Assembly: GCA_964386385.1 (NCBI GenBank)
Contig: CAYLRN010000009.1
Span: forward strand, 28,488 to 92,487
Source: an uncultured Lentisphaeraceae bacterium
Lineage (GTDB): Bacteria > Verrucomicrobiota > Kiritimatiellia > RFP12 > UBA1067
Direction of reading: 5' to 3'
DNA: 64,000 nucleotides
Part shown: positions 16,794 to 25,775 of the stretch, piece by piece
Numbering within the stretch: position 1 is the stretch's first letter
Layout of the letters: every line of letters starts with the position of its first letter
The notes under the pieces: model-generated
Databases searched by the model: none
Told to the model about the DNA's origin: nothing
The model's input: the letters and a program-made list of their open reading frames with translations, nothing else
Translations under genes and position numbers: made by a program

Positions 16794-17294
16794 ATGGACG
16801 TAATGGTCGTATCTGGTGCAATCGCGTGCCTGGGACTGAGCGCCGCCGGCTCGGCGTTCGGCACGGGGCTTCCGGCGGCGTCCGCCGTCGGCGCGTGGAA
16901 GAAGTGCTACATGGCGAACAAGCCCGCGCCGTTCATCCTCCTCGGTCTTGTCGGCGTCCCGATCACGCAGACGCTCTACGGCATGATCCTCATGTTCGCC
17001 ATGTTCGGAAAGACCGGCGTCCCCGGCGCGGGTGTCCCGCTGCTGGTGCTGGGGATCTTCTCCGGCCTGGCGATCGGACTCTCCGCGTTCTTCCAGGGCC
17101 GCGTGGCGGCCGCGGCCTGCGACGCGCAGGCGGAGACCGGGCAGGGGCTGACGCTCTACCTCGCCGCGCTGGGCATCATCGAGACCGTGGCCATCTTCAC
17201 GATGGTCTTCACGATCATCGCCCTCGCCCAGGTCGTCGCCCCGGAGGCCGCCGAGGCCGCTGCCGAGACCGCCGCCGCTGCGGCAGCCGTCTAG
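16794..17294 (+). CDS. atpK: V-type ATP synthase subunit K (proteolipid c)
   Basis: 166-aa four-helix hydrophobic protein, Gly/Ala-rich. Confidence 0.7.
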   Translation: MDVMVVSGAIACLGLSAAGSAFGTGLPAASAVGAWKKCYMANKPAPFILLGLVGVPITQTLYGMILMFAMFGKTGVPGAGVPLLVLGIFSGLAIGLSAFFQGRVAAAACDAQAETGQGLTLYLAALGIIETVAIFTMVFTIIALAQVVAPEAAEAAAETAAAAAAV

Positions 17295-17310
17295 ATTTCC
17301 GCGAAAAGGC

Positions 17311-17350
17311 AACGCAGGCCGGCGGACGGGGCGCGTTCCCGTCCGCCCGT
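17311..17350 (+). terminator. Rho-independent terminator after atpK
   Basis: Perfect 10-bp stem GGCGGACGGG/CCCGTCCGCC with loop GCGCGTT, then CGTCGCATTTTCG. Confidence 0.55.
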
Positions 17351-17466
17351 CGCATTTTCGTGTGGACATGCCATCTCCGGTATGGCATACTCTTGGCGTG
17401 GCTTTCAGCGAAATCTCCCATGATTCGGTTCGCCGAAGTTCAGACAAGGAAGGAATGGAACGACAG

Positions 17467-20124
17467 ATGGCAGGACAGACAAAATACGTTTACTTCTTCG
17501 GCGCCGGCCAGACCGAAGGCAACGCCGACATGCGCGAACTCCTCGGCGGCAAGGGCGCGAACCTCGCCGAGATGGCGGGCATGGGCATCCCCGTGCCGCA
17601 GGGCTTCACCATCACCACGGAGGCCTGCACGCGCTACTACGACGACGGCCGGAAGATCGGCGACGACATCCGCGCCCAGGTGCTCGAGTACATAGCGAAG
17701 CTCGAGAAGAGCTCCGGCAAGAAGTTCGGCGACGTGAAGAACCCGCTGCTCGTGTCCGTGCGTTCCGGCGCCCGCGCCTCCATGCCGGGCATGATGGACA
17801 CGATCCTCAACCTCGGCCTCAACGAGGAGGTCGTGGAATCGCTCGCGAAGCAGACGCAGAACCCGCGCTGGGCTTGGGACTGCTACCGCCGCTTCATCCA
17901 GATGTTCTCCGACGTCGTGATGGAGGTCGGCAAGAAGCACTTCGAAAAACTGATCGACGAGATGAAGGCGCGCCGCGGCGTGAACCTCGACGTCGAGCTT
18001 ACCGCCGACGACCTCAAGGAGCTCGCCAACGAGTTCAAGGCCGAGTACAGGGACAAGATCGGCAAGGACTTCCCGACTGACGCGAAGGAACAGCTGCTCG
18101 AGGCCATCAAGGCCGTGTTCCGCAGCTGGGACAACCCGCGCGCGAACGTCTACCGCCGCGACAACGACATTCCCTACAGCTGGGGCACAGCGGTCAACGT
18201 GCAGATGATGGCGTTCGGAAACCTCAACGACCGCTCCGGCACGGGCGTCGCGTTCACCCGCGACCCGGCGACGGGCGAGAGGAAGCTGATGGGAGAATTC
18301 CTCATCAACGCCCAGGGCGAGGACGTGGTGGCCGGCATCCGCACCCCCATGCGCATCGAGAAGATGGCGGACGTCATGCCGGACGTCTTCAAGCAGTTCC
18401 TCGCCGTCTGCGACACGCTCGAAAAGCACTACCGCGACATGCAGGACATGGAGTTCACGATCGAGAACGAAAAGCTCTTCATGCTCCAGACGCGCAACGG
18501 CAAGCGCACCGCCCGCGCCGCGCTCAAGATCGCCTGCGACCTCGTGGACGAGGGAATGCGCACGGAGCAGGAGGCCGTGCTGATGATCGACCCGCGCAAC
18601 CTCGACACGCTCCTCCATCCGCAGTTCGACGCGGTGGCGCTCAAGAAGGCGCAGCCGAAGGGACGCGGACTCGCCGCATCGCCGGGAGCCGCCTGCGGAC
18701 GCATCGTCTTCACCGCCGAGGACGCGAAGGCGTGGAAGGCGCGCGGCGAGAAGGTCGTGCTCGTCCGCCTCGAGACGTCCCCGGAGGACATCGAGGGCAT
18801 GAAGGCCGCGGAGGGCATCCTCACCGTGCGCGGCGGCATGACGTCCCACGCGGCCGTCGTCGCCCGCGGCATGGGCGAGTGCTGCGTCTCCGGCTGCCAC
18901 GAGATAACGATGGACGAGGAGAACAGGACGTTCCGCCTCGGCGACAGGACGTTCAAGGAGGGCGACTGGCTGTCGCTCGACGGCTCTACCGGCAACATCT
19001 ACGACGGCGTGATTCCGACCGTGGACGCGACGATCGCCGGCGAGTTCGGCCGCATCATGATGTGGGCGGACAAGTTCCGCCGTCTGCGCGTCCGCACGAA
19101 CGCCGACACCCCGCGCGACGCGAAGAAGGCGCGCGAACTCGGCGCCGAGGGCATTGGCCTCTGCCGCACGGAGCACATGTTCTTCTCGCAGAGCCGCATC
19201 GCCGCGTTCCGCGAGATGCTCTGCGCCGACACCGTGGAGGAGCGCAGGATCGCCCTTGCGAAGATCCTCCCGTACCAGCAGGACGACTTCGAGCAGCTCT
19301 TCGAGGCGCTTGACGGACAGCCCGTGACGATCCGCTTCCTCGACCCGCCGCTCCACGAGTTCGTCCCGCACGCCGAGGACGAGATCGCGCTTCTCGCCAA
19401 GGAGACGCACAAGCCGATCAGCCGCATCAAGGACATCATCGACTCGCTCCACGAGTTCAACCCGATGATGGGACACCGCGGCTGCCGCCTCTGCGTCACC
19501 TACCCCGAAATCGCCGTGATGCAGACGAAGGCCGTCATCCGCGCCGCCATCAACATCCAGCGCCGCCACAAGGGCTGGAACGTGAAGCCGGAGATCATGA
19601 TTCCGCTCACGGGAGACTCCAAGGAGTTCAAGTTCGTCAAGGACATAGTAGTCCACGTGGCGAACGACGAGATCCAGGCGGCCGAGATCAAGCTCAACTA
19701 CGAAGTCGGCACGATGATCGAGGTGCCCCGCGCCGCACTCGTCGCCGGGAAGATCGCCGAGGAGGCGGAGTTCTTCTGCTTCGGCACGAACGACCTCACG
19801 CAGATGACGTTCGGCTTCTCCCGCGACGACGCGGGCAAGTTCCTCGGCGACTACTACGACAAGAAGATCTACGAGAACGACCCGTTCCAGAAAATCGACC
19901 AGGACGGCGTGGGCGCGCTCATGAAGATGGCCGTCGCAAGCGGCAAGTCCGTGCGCCCCGGCCTCCACTGCGGAATCTGCGGAGAGCACGGCGGCGACCC
20001 GGCGTCGATCGAGTTCTGCCACGGGATGGGGCTCGACTACGTCTCCTGCTCGCCGTACCGCGTGCCGATCGCCCGCCTTGCGGCGGCGCAGGCCGCGCTG
20101 CGCGACGGGAAGGAGAACGCATAG
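17467..20124 (+). CDS. ppdK: Pyruvate, phosphate dikinase
   Basis: MAGQTKYVYFFGAGQTEGNADMRELLGGKGANLAEMAGMGIPVPQGF. Phosphohistidine region GGMTSHAAVVARGMG. TRTEHMFF motif. RBS AAGGAAGG 12 nt upstream. Confidence 0.85.
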   Translation: MAGQTKYVYFFGAGQTEGNADMRELLGGKGANLAEMAGMGIPVPQGFTITTEACTRYYDDGRKIGDDIRAQVLEYIAKLEKSSGKKFGDVKNPLLVSVRSGARASMPGMMDTILNLGLNEEVVESLAKQTQNPRWAWDCYRRFIQMFSDVVMEVGKKHFEKLIDEMKARRGVNLDVELTADDLKELANEFKAEYRDKIGKDFPTDAKEQLLEAIKAVFRSWDNPRANVYRRDNDIPYSWGTAVNVQMMAFGNLNDRSGTGVAFTRDPATGERKLMGEFLINAQGEDVVAGIRTPMRIEKMADVMPDVFKQFLAVCDTLEKHYRDMQDMEFTIENEKLFMLQTRNGKRTARAALKIACDLVDEGMRTEQEAVLMIDPRNLDTLLHPQFDAVALKKAQPKGRGLAASPGAACGRIVFTAEDAKAWKARGEKVVLVRLETSPEDIEGMKAAEGILTVRGGMTSHAAVVARGMGECCVSGCHEITMDEENRTFRLGDRTFKEGDWLSLDGSTGNIYDGVIPTVDATIAGEFGRIMMWADKFRRLRVRTNADTPRDAKKARELGAEGIGLCRTEHMFFSQSRIAAFREMLCADTVEERRIALAKILPYQQDDFEQLFEALDGQPVTIRFLDPPLHEFVPHAEDEIALLAKETHKPISRIKDIIDSLHEFNPMMGHRGCRLCVTYPEIAVMQTKAVIRAAINIQRRHKGWNVKPEIMIPLTGDSKEFKFVKDIVVHVANDEIQAAEIKLNYEVGTMIEVPRAALVAGKIAEEAEFFCFGTNDLTQMTFGFSRDDAGKFLGDYYDKKIYENDPFQKIDQDGVGALMKMAVASGKSVRPGLHCGICGEHGGDPASIEFCHGMGLDYVSCSPYRVPIARLAAAQAALRDGKENA

Positions 20125-20169
20125 CCGTTCTGGCGCGACGTCTAAGGCCGTACAGAAGAAAAGAATCAG

Positions 20170-21609
20170 ATGGAACAGGTGAAAAGGGCGAGCTGGTCGT
20201 CCCAGCTCGCATTCGTCCTCGCCGCGTCCGCCTCCGCGATCGGGTTGGGCAATCTGTGGCGTTTTCCGTATCTCGCGGCGCGGTACGGCGGCGGGACGTT
20301 CCTGTTCGTCTACGTGGCGCTCGTGACGACGCTTGGCTTCGCCCTGCTCGTCACGGAGATAGCCATCGGGCGGAAGACGCGGCAGAGCCAGCTCACGGCG
20401 TATTCGCGACTGAAGGGCGGATGGGGCTTCATGGGCGTCCTCTCCACCGTCGTCCCCGTCCTGATTCTTCCGTACTACTGCGTCATCGGCGGATGGGTGC
20501 TGAAGTACCTCGTCGTCTACGCGCATATGGCGTTCACGGGCGCGTCGCCGATGGGGGAGGCGGCGGTCGGGTCGGGCGAGTACTTCGGCGCGTTCATAGG
20601 CGCGTCCGCCGAGCCGTTCGCGTATGGCGTGGCGTTCACCGTCATATGCGCGGCGGTGATCCTGCTTGGCGTGAAGAACGGCATAGAGAAGTCGAACCTC
20701 GTGATGATGCCGGTCCTCCTTGGGATGGCCGTTGCGATTTCGATATATGTCTTCTTCCTGCCGGGTGCGCTTGACGGCGTGAAGTACTATCTCGTGCCGA
20801 ACATGGACTGCCTCGCCGGGCCTGACGGACGCTTCTCGGCGGCTCTTCTGGGCAAGACCGTTCTTGGCGCGATGGGGCAGATGTTCTTCTCGCTTTCGAT
20901 AGCGATGGGCATCATGGTGACGTACGGCAGCTACATGAAGCCGGGGGACTCGATAGAAAAGTCCGTCCGGCGCATTGAGATGTTCGACACCGCCGTGGCC
21001 GTTCTGGCGGGACTGATGATAATCCCGATCGTCTACATGTTCGCCGTGAAGACGGGAACGCCCGTCAAGGAGGCTTTGGACGCGGGGCCGGGGCTGATGT
21101 TCATCACGCTTCCGAAGGTCTTCGCGACGTTCGGCGCGGCCGGCGGGTGGCTGGGGTTCGCGTTCTTCGTGCTCGTCGCGTTCGCGGCGGCGACGTCGGG
21201 GATATCCATGTTCGAGGCCTGCGTGGCGGCGACGTGCGACGTCATGCGCGTCCGGCGCCGCACGGCGACGCTGGTCGTCGGCGGGGTCGCAATCGCGCTT
21301 TCCGCGTTCCCCGCGCTTGGGTATGGCGTGTGGGCGGACGTGAAGGTGTTCGGCCAGCCGATGCTGGACTTCATGGATTTTCTGGCGAACTCCGTCCTGA
21401 TGCCGCTCGTCGCGATCGGCACGTGCGTCCTCGCCGGATGGGCGTTGAAGCCCGAGGCGATAATCGCCGAATGCGAGCGGGACGGCTGCGTCTTCGGGGC
21501 GAAGAGGAAGTATGCGTTCGTAATCAAGTACCTTGCACCGTTCCTCCTCGTGGCCGTGCTCGTCTCCGAGATATGCCGTTCGCTTGGAATCGGAGGATGG
21601 AGCATCTGA
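20170..21609 (+). CDS. Sodium-dependent transporter, NSS/SNF family
   Basis: Signature LGNLWRFPYLAARYGGGTFLFVY. 479 aa, multi-TM. Confidence 0.75.
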   Translation: MEQVKRASWSSQLAFVLAASASAIGLGNLWRFPYLAARYGGGTFLFVYVALVTTLGFALLVTEIAIGRKTRQSQLTAYSRLKGGWGFMGVLSTVVPVLILPYYCVIGGWVLKYLVVYAHMAFTGASPMGEAAVGSGEYFGAFIGASAEPFAYGVAFTVICAAVILLGVKNGIEKSNLVMMPVLLGMAVAISIYVFFLPGALDGVKYYLVPNMDCLAGPDGRFSAALLGKTVLGAMGQMFFSLSIAMGIMVTYGSYMKPGDSIEKSVRRIEMFDTAVAVLAGLMIIPIVYMFAVKTGTPVKEALDAGPGLMFITLPKVFATFGAAGGWLGFAFFVLVAFAAATSGISMFEACVAATCDVMRVRRRTATLVVGGVAIALSAFPALGYGVWADVKVFGQPMLDFMDFLANSVLMPLVAIGTCVLAGWALKPEAIIAECERDGCVFGAKRKYAFVIKYLAPFLLVAVLVSEICRSLGIGGWSI

Positions 21610-21740
21610 TGTCTCTTTCGGGCGATGTTGACGTCATGGGGTTTTTTGTCTAGAATTGGCGCAAGGGCGCGGTGGGCGAGAAATCGCGCCGCGGCGTCTG
21701 CCGGCTTAGGGCTTGTCCACTTAAACAGGAGAAAACGGTC

Positions 21741-23294
21741 ATGGGAAACGAGAAGAAGGGCTGCTGCTGTTCCGCGCGTCCGCTGGGCGCGGACGTCTTC
21801 GTCACTCTGCTGAGGATTGCGGTCGGCTGGCATTTCCTCTACGAGGGCGTCTGGAAACTGGCGCAGTCCAACTGGACGGCGGCCGGCTACCTTCGTTCGA
21901 GCGAATGGATCGCGGGGCCGCTGTTCAAGGCGATTGCGGCGAATCCCGCGGCCATGCAGGTTGTCGACCTCGTTAACGAATGGGGGCTTGTGCTGATAGG
22001 GCTTGGGCTGGTCGCGGGCGTCGCGTCGCGGGCGGCGGCCGTCGCGGGTGCGGCCGTTCTCGCGTTCTACTACGTCTGCCAGCCGCCGTGGCTTGCGCCG
22101 TCCGCGGATGCGCACTACCTCTTCCTCGACCTGCGCCTTGTGGAGGCGATTGCGATGCTGCTCTTCGTCTGCGCGCCCGGCCTTGGAATCGGCAGTCTTC
22201 TGCGCGGACTCTGGGCGAAGCTCGCCTCGCGCAGGGCGAATGCGCCGGAGGATGGCGAAGACGCGGCGCCGGCCGCCGTGGCCACGCGCCGCGACTGGCT
22301 GGGAGGTCTCGCGTCATGCACCGCGCTTGCGGCGTTCGGCGGACTCTTCCTGCGCTGGAAGCTCGGAAAGGTTGACGCCGTCACGAGCGCGACGGCCAAG
22401 GCGTTCGAGTTCACCGGCCTTGACAAGCTCTCGCATCCGATCGACCAGTTCGTTTCGCTGGGCGGAAACGTGAAGGTGAGCCGCCTCATCCTCGGAGGCG
22501 GCATGATCAGCGGCTACGCGCATCCGCGCGACCTCAAGTACCTGAGCGGCCCGAACGGACTCATGAAGGCGTACAACACGCCGGACCGGACGCGCCACAC
22601 GCTCGCCTTCGCCGAAAAGGCGGGCATCAACACGATGATCATCAACCCGCTCCTGATCGACACCGTCACGGACTACTGGAAGCGCACTGGCGGCAAGATC
22701 CAGTTCATCACGAACTGCGGCTACCACGGCGCGGCCGGCGCGAACGAGGAGACGATCGCCAAGGGCCTCGTGCAGGGCGCGAAGATGAGCGTGGACCGCG
22801 GCGCCGCCTCCTGCTTCATGCGCGGAGAGTACACCGACAACATGGCCGCGAAGGGACAGGCCAAGCTCTTCGCCGGCTGCCTCGCCGAGATGAAGAAGCT
22901 CCCCGTGCCGATCGGCATCGGCTGCCACGAGTGGAAGACCGTCAAGTTCTGCCTCGAGCACGACATCGTCCCCGACTACTGGATGCTCACCTTCAACAGC
23001 CGCAAGTACTGGAGCGCCACGCCCTCCTTCGGCACGAACCACGACAACTGCTGGTGCACGGACCCCGAAGGCCTGAAGGAGTACATGAAGACCGTCAAGC
23101 AGCCGTGGATCGCATTCAAGGTGCTCGGCGCCGGCGCGATCCTCCCGCGCGAGGGCTTCCCCTATGCGTTCAACAACGGCGCGGACGCCATCTGCGTGGG
23201 AATGTTCGACTTCCAGATGGTCGAGAACGTCAACCTCGTCAACGGCATCTTCAAGGACGGCCTGCCCAAGCGCGCCCGCCCGTGGAATTCCTGA
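21741..23294 (+). CDS. Fusion protein: N-terminal DoxX-like membrane domain, internal Tat-type signal (RRDWLGGLASCTALAAFGG), C-terminal domain of unknown function
   Basis: DoxX-like WHFLYEGVWK plus about 4 TM helices. Twin-arginine motif around residue 165. 350-aa C-terminal domain with no recognisable motifs. Confidence 0.4.
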   Translation: MGNEKKGCCCSARPLGADVFVTLLRIAVGWHFLYEGVWKLAQSNWTAAGYLRSSEWIAGPLFKAIAANPAAMQVVDLVNEWGLVLIGLGLVAGVASRAAAVAGAAVLAFYYVCQPPWLAPSADAHYLFLDLRLVEAIAMLLFVCAPGLGIGSLLRGLWAKLASRRANAPEDGEDAAPAAVATRRDWLGGLASCTALAAFGGLFLRWKLGKVDAVTSATAKAFEFTGLDKLSHPIDQFVSLGGNVKVSRLILGGGMISGYAHPRDLKYLSGPNGLMKAYNTPDRTRHTLAFAEKAGINTMIINPLLIDTVTDYWKRTGGKIQFITNCGYHGAAGANEETIAKGLVQGAKMSVDRGAASCFMRGEYTDNMAAKGQAKLFAGCLAEMKKLPVPIGIGCHEWKTVKFCLEHDIVPDYWMLTFNSRKYWSATPSFGTNHDNCWCTDPEGLKEYMKTVKQPWIAFKVLGAGAILPREGFPYAFNNGADAICVGMFDFQMVENVNLVNGIFKDGLPKRARPWNS

Positions 23295-23300
23295 CCGGCG

Positions 23301-24449
23301 ATGACCGGCAGTCGGCAGCATACGGCGATTTCGCTGTTTTCCGGCGCGGGCGGACTCGACATCGGCGTCCGCCGGGCAGGATTCGACGTCCGCGCCTGCG
23401 TCGAACTTGACAGGAACGCGTGCGACACCCTGCGCTGGAACATCGCGGCGCAGGGCGAACGCACTCGGGTCTACGAAGGCGACATCAGAACGGTCGACCC
23501 CGCTGGCATTCTCGCCGACCTCGGACTGGCCCCTGGCGACGTGGACCTCCTCTTCGGCGGCCCGCCCTGTCAGGCGTTTTCGCTGATTGGCAAGCAAATG
23601 TCCCTGGAGGACGAGCGCGGAATGCTGCTCTTCCAGATGATCCGCTATGTCGCGGTCATGCGGCCGAAGGTCGTCCTGATGGAACAGGTCAAGGGGCTGC
23701 TCTCGGCGAAGGACGGAATAGGGCGAAAGGGCGGAGTGCTGGAGCGTCTGCTGCGGGCGTTCGACTGCCTTGGCTACGTCGTGAAGTACAAGGTGTGCCT
23801 TGCCGCGGACTACGGCGTGGCGCAGCTGCGCAATCGCGTGATTCTCGTTGCGACAAGGGAGCGCAACGGTTTTGAGTTCCCAATGCCGACACATCGCGAT
23901 CCGGCGGCCGGCGACCTGTTCAATGCCGGTCTTTTTCCGAGGAAGACCGTGGGCGAGGCGTTGGCCGGGCTTGGCCCCGTGCATTTGAAGGAGAAGGGCA
24001 GGACCGTCTATCCCGACGAGTTTCGCAATCACGTCGACGTCACTCCCGAACGCGACCGCGAACGCATCCACCATGTTCCGGAGGGGCTGTATCTGTCTTC
24101 GCAGAAAGACCTTCCCGCTTCGATTCTCGGCAATCTCAAGGCCAAGGACACGACCAAGTACCTTCGTCTTGACCGTTCGCGCCAGTCGAACACGCTTCGC
24201 TGCGGAGAGATATTCTTCCATCCGGTCGAGGACAGATATCTCACGCCGCGCGAGTACATGCGCATTCACGGATATCCGGACGACTATGTCCTCAAAGGTC
24301 CGATCCGGTCGCGCACGGGCAGCGTGAAGGACCTCGACCAGCATCGGCAGGTCGCGAACTCCGTCCCTCCTCCGCTCGCCCATGCCATCGCCGCGCAGAT
24401 CATGCGCTACCTTGAGGATGCCGGAAAAGGAGGAACAGTATGTGGATGA
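23301..24449 (+). CDS. DNA (cytosine-5)-methyltransferase, apparently an orphan (no cognate nuclease adjacent)
   Basis: Motif I LFSGAGGLDIG, motif IV GGPPCQAFS, motif VIII QLRNRVILVA and a C-terminal ANSVPPPLA. High GC like the host. Overlaps the next gene by 10 nt. Confidence 0.8.
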   Translation: MTGSRQHTAISLFSGAGGLDIGVRRAGFDVRACVELDRNACDTLRWNIAAQGERTRVYEGDIRTVDPAGILADLGLAPGDVDLLFGGPPCQAFSLIGKQMSLEDERGMLLFQMIRYVAVMRPKVVLMEQVKGLLSAKDGIGRKGGVLERLLRAFDCLGYVVKYKVCLAADYGVAQLRNRVILVATRERNGFEFPMPTHRDPAAGDLFNAGLFPRKTVGEALAGLGPVHLKEKGRTVYPDEFRNHVDVTPERDRERIHHVPEGLYLSSQKDLPASILGNLKAKDTTKYLRLDRSRQSNTLRCGEIFFHPVEDRYLTPREYMRIHGYPDDYVLKGPIRSRTGSVKDLDQHRQVANSVPPPLAHAIAAQIMRYLEDAGKGGTVCG

Positions 24450-25768
24450 AAATGCTGCTTGCGCTGTGCGCGTGTGCGGTGTTCGGCGCTGCGCATGGCG
24501 CGGCGTCGGGGACTCCGGCGGACAGGGCTCTCGCCAAATTGAGGGCGGTGGGCGATTCGCCGAACTACTACTGGGCGTGGACGTACGCCTGGTCCAACCT
24601 CTACAATCCCGCGGGCGACTGGCGATTCGCCCGCGCGGAGGACGGACGCTTTCGCCCGATGCCGACCGACGAGGTGCGCCTTGAAAGCGGCTACCAGATG
24701 TATTCCGGCGGCCGCCGTCCCGTCATCGACTACTCCGACCTCGCCGGCATCGCAGGGACGTGGCACACCACCACGTACTACATGGCCAACCGCGCCTCGC
24801 TGACCGCCGTCATCCGCCGGCAGTGGCGCGAGTTCGGCGGCCTCATGGTCTTCAGCTGGCACATGGACCACCCCGCCTGCACGAACGGCTTCCCGGCGCG
24901 TTCCTACCGCTTCAAGACCGAGGGCGCGGACTGCAACGTGATCGGGCAGATTCTCGACGGCACGGGCGGACCCTGCGGCACGGGCCTCATGAACGGCGCT
25001 CCGTTCCGCGCACCCTTCCCCAACCCGCGCGCCTGGTACATGGCGGCGCTCAAGGACGTCGCCGACTTCTTCAACGGCCTCGTCGACGAGGAGACCGGCG
25101 AGAAGATTCCCGTCGTCATGCGCCATCCGCACGAAATGGACGGCACATGGTTCTGGTGGGGGCGCGACAGATGCTCGCCCGGCGAGTTCCGCGCGTTCTG
25201 TCGCATGACCGCCGACTATCTTCGCGCGGCCTGCGGCGACGGGCAGATTCTCTTCGCCTACACGCCCGACCGGACGTGGAAGGAACTGGGCGCGGAGGGA
25301 GACGCCGCCAACACGTTCCTCTCCCGCTATCCGGGGGACGCATACGTGGACATTGTCGGCTTCGACGACTACTCCCTCGGACACGGCGACGACCGCGAAG
25401 TCGAGGAACGCCTTTCCGAGACGGTCCGCAAGCTGCGCATCGTGAGCGACTTCGCGCTGGCGCATGGCAAGGCCGCCGCCCTGACGGAGACGGGCGGGCT
25501 GAAGAAGCGCGACGACTTCTGGGTTCACGTCCATCGCGCCGCGACGGCGCCGGGCGTCCGCTGCGCGTTCGTGGACACGTGGGCGCGCGCCTACGGCATG
25601 ATTCCGGAGACGGCGGCCGGCGAGCGCGACCAGCTGGCGTTCGCGCGGCGGCCCGAAGTCCTCATGGCGGACACCCCGTGCGCTGGCTTCCGCCCGTGCG
25701 CGGCGGACGCGCCATCGGCAATTCGATCTTCAGGGCAGGGCAATGGCGGCAGCGCCGAAGGGAAGTGA
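24440..25768 (+). CDS. Glycoside hydrolase family 26-like (beta-mannanase family) secreted protein
   Basis: Signal peptide. Acid/base region RHPHEMDGTWFWWG, nucleophile region AALTETGG, GFDDYS motif. Confidence 0.6.
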   Translation: MWMKMLLALCACAVFGAAHGAASGTPADRALAKLRAVGDSPNYYWAWTYAWSNLYNPAGDWRFARAEDGRFRPMPTDEVRLESGYQMYSGGRRPVIDYSDLAGIAGTWHTTTYYMANRASLTAVIRRQWREFGGLMVFSWHMDHPACTNGFPARSYRFKTEGADCNVIGQILDGTGGPCGTGLMNGAPFRAPFPNPRAWYMAALKDVADFFNGLVDEETGEKIPVVMRHPHEMDGTWFWWGRDRCSPGEFRAFCRMTADYLRAACGDGQILFAYTPDRTWKELGAEGDAANTFLSRYPGDAYVDIVGFDDYSLGHGDDREVEERLSETVRKLRIVSDFALAHGKAAALTETGGLKKRDDFWVHVHRAATAPGVRCAFVDTWARAYGMIPETAAGERDQLAFARRPEVLMADTPCAGFRPCAADAPSAIRSSGQGNGGSAEGK

Positions 25769-25775
25769 ACGCGAC

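Noticed and set aside
17440-20526. 1028-aa minus-strand ORF
   Set aside because: Antisense to ppdK, which has unmistakable PPDK motifs. Composition is typical of a shadow ORF in high-GC DNA. The same reasoning applies to 14742-16742(-), 22314-24383(-), 53355-55640(-), 41420-43057(+), 47894-50116(+), 5062-6450(-), 9651-11072(-) and 27503-29329(-).
25743-25775. Alternative upstream ATG (25743) for the acidic hypothetical protein
   Set aside because: It would overlap the GH26 gene by 26 nt and add only MAAAPKGSERD. 25776 is preferred, but the choice is low-confidence.
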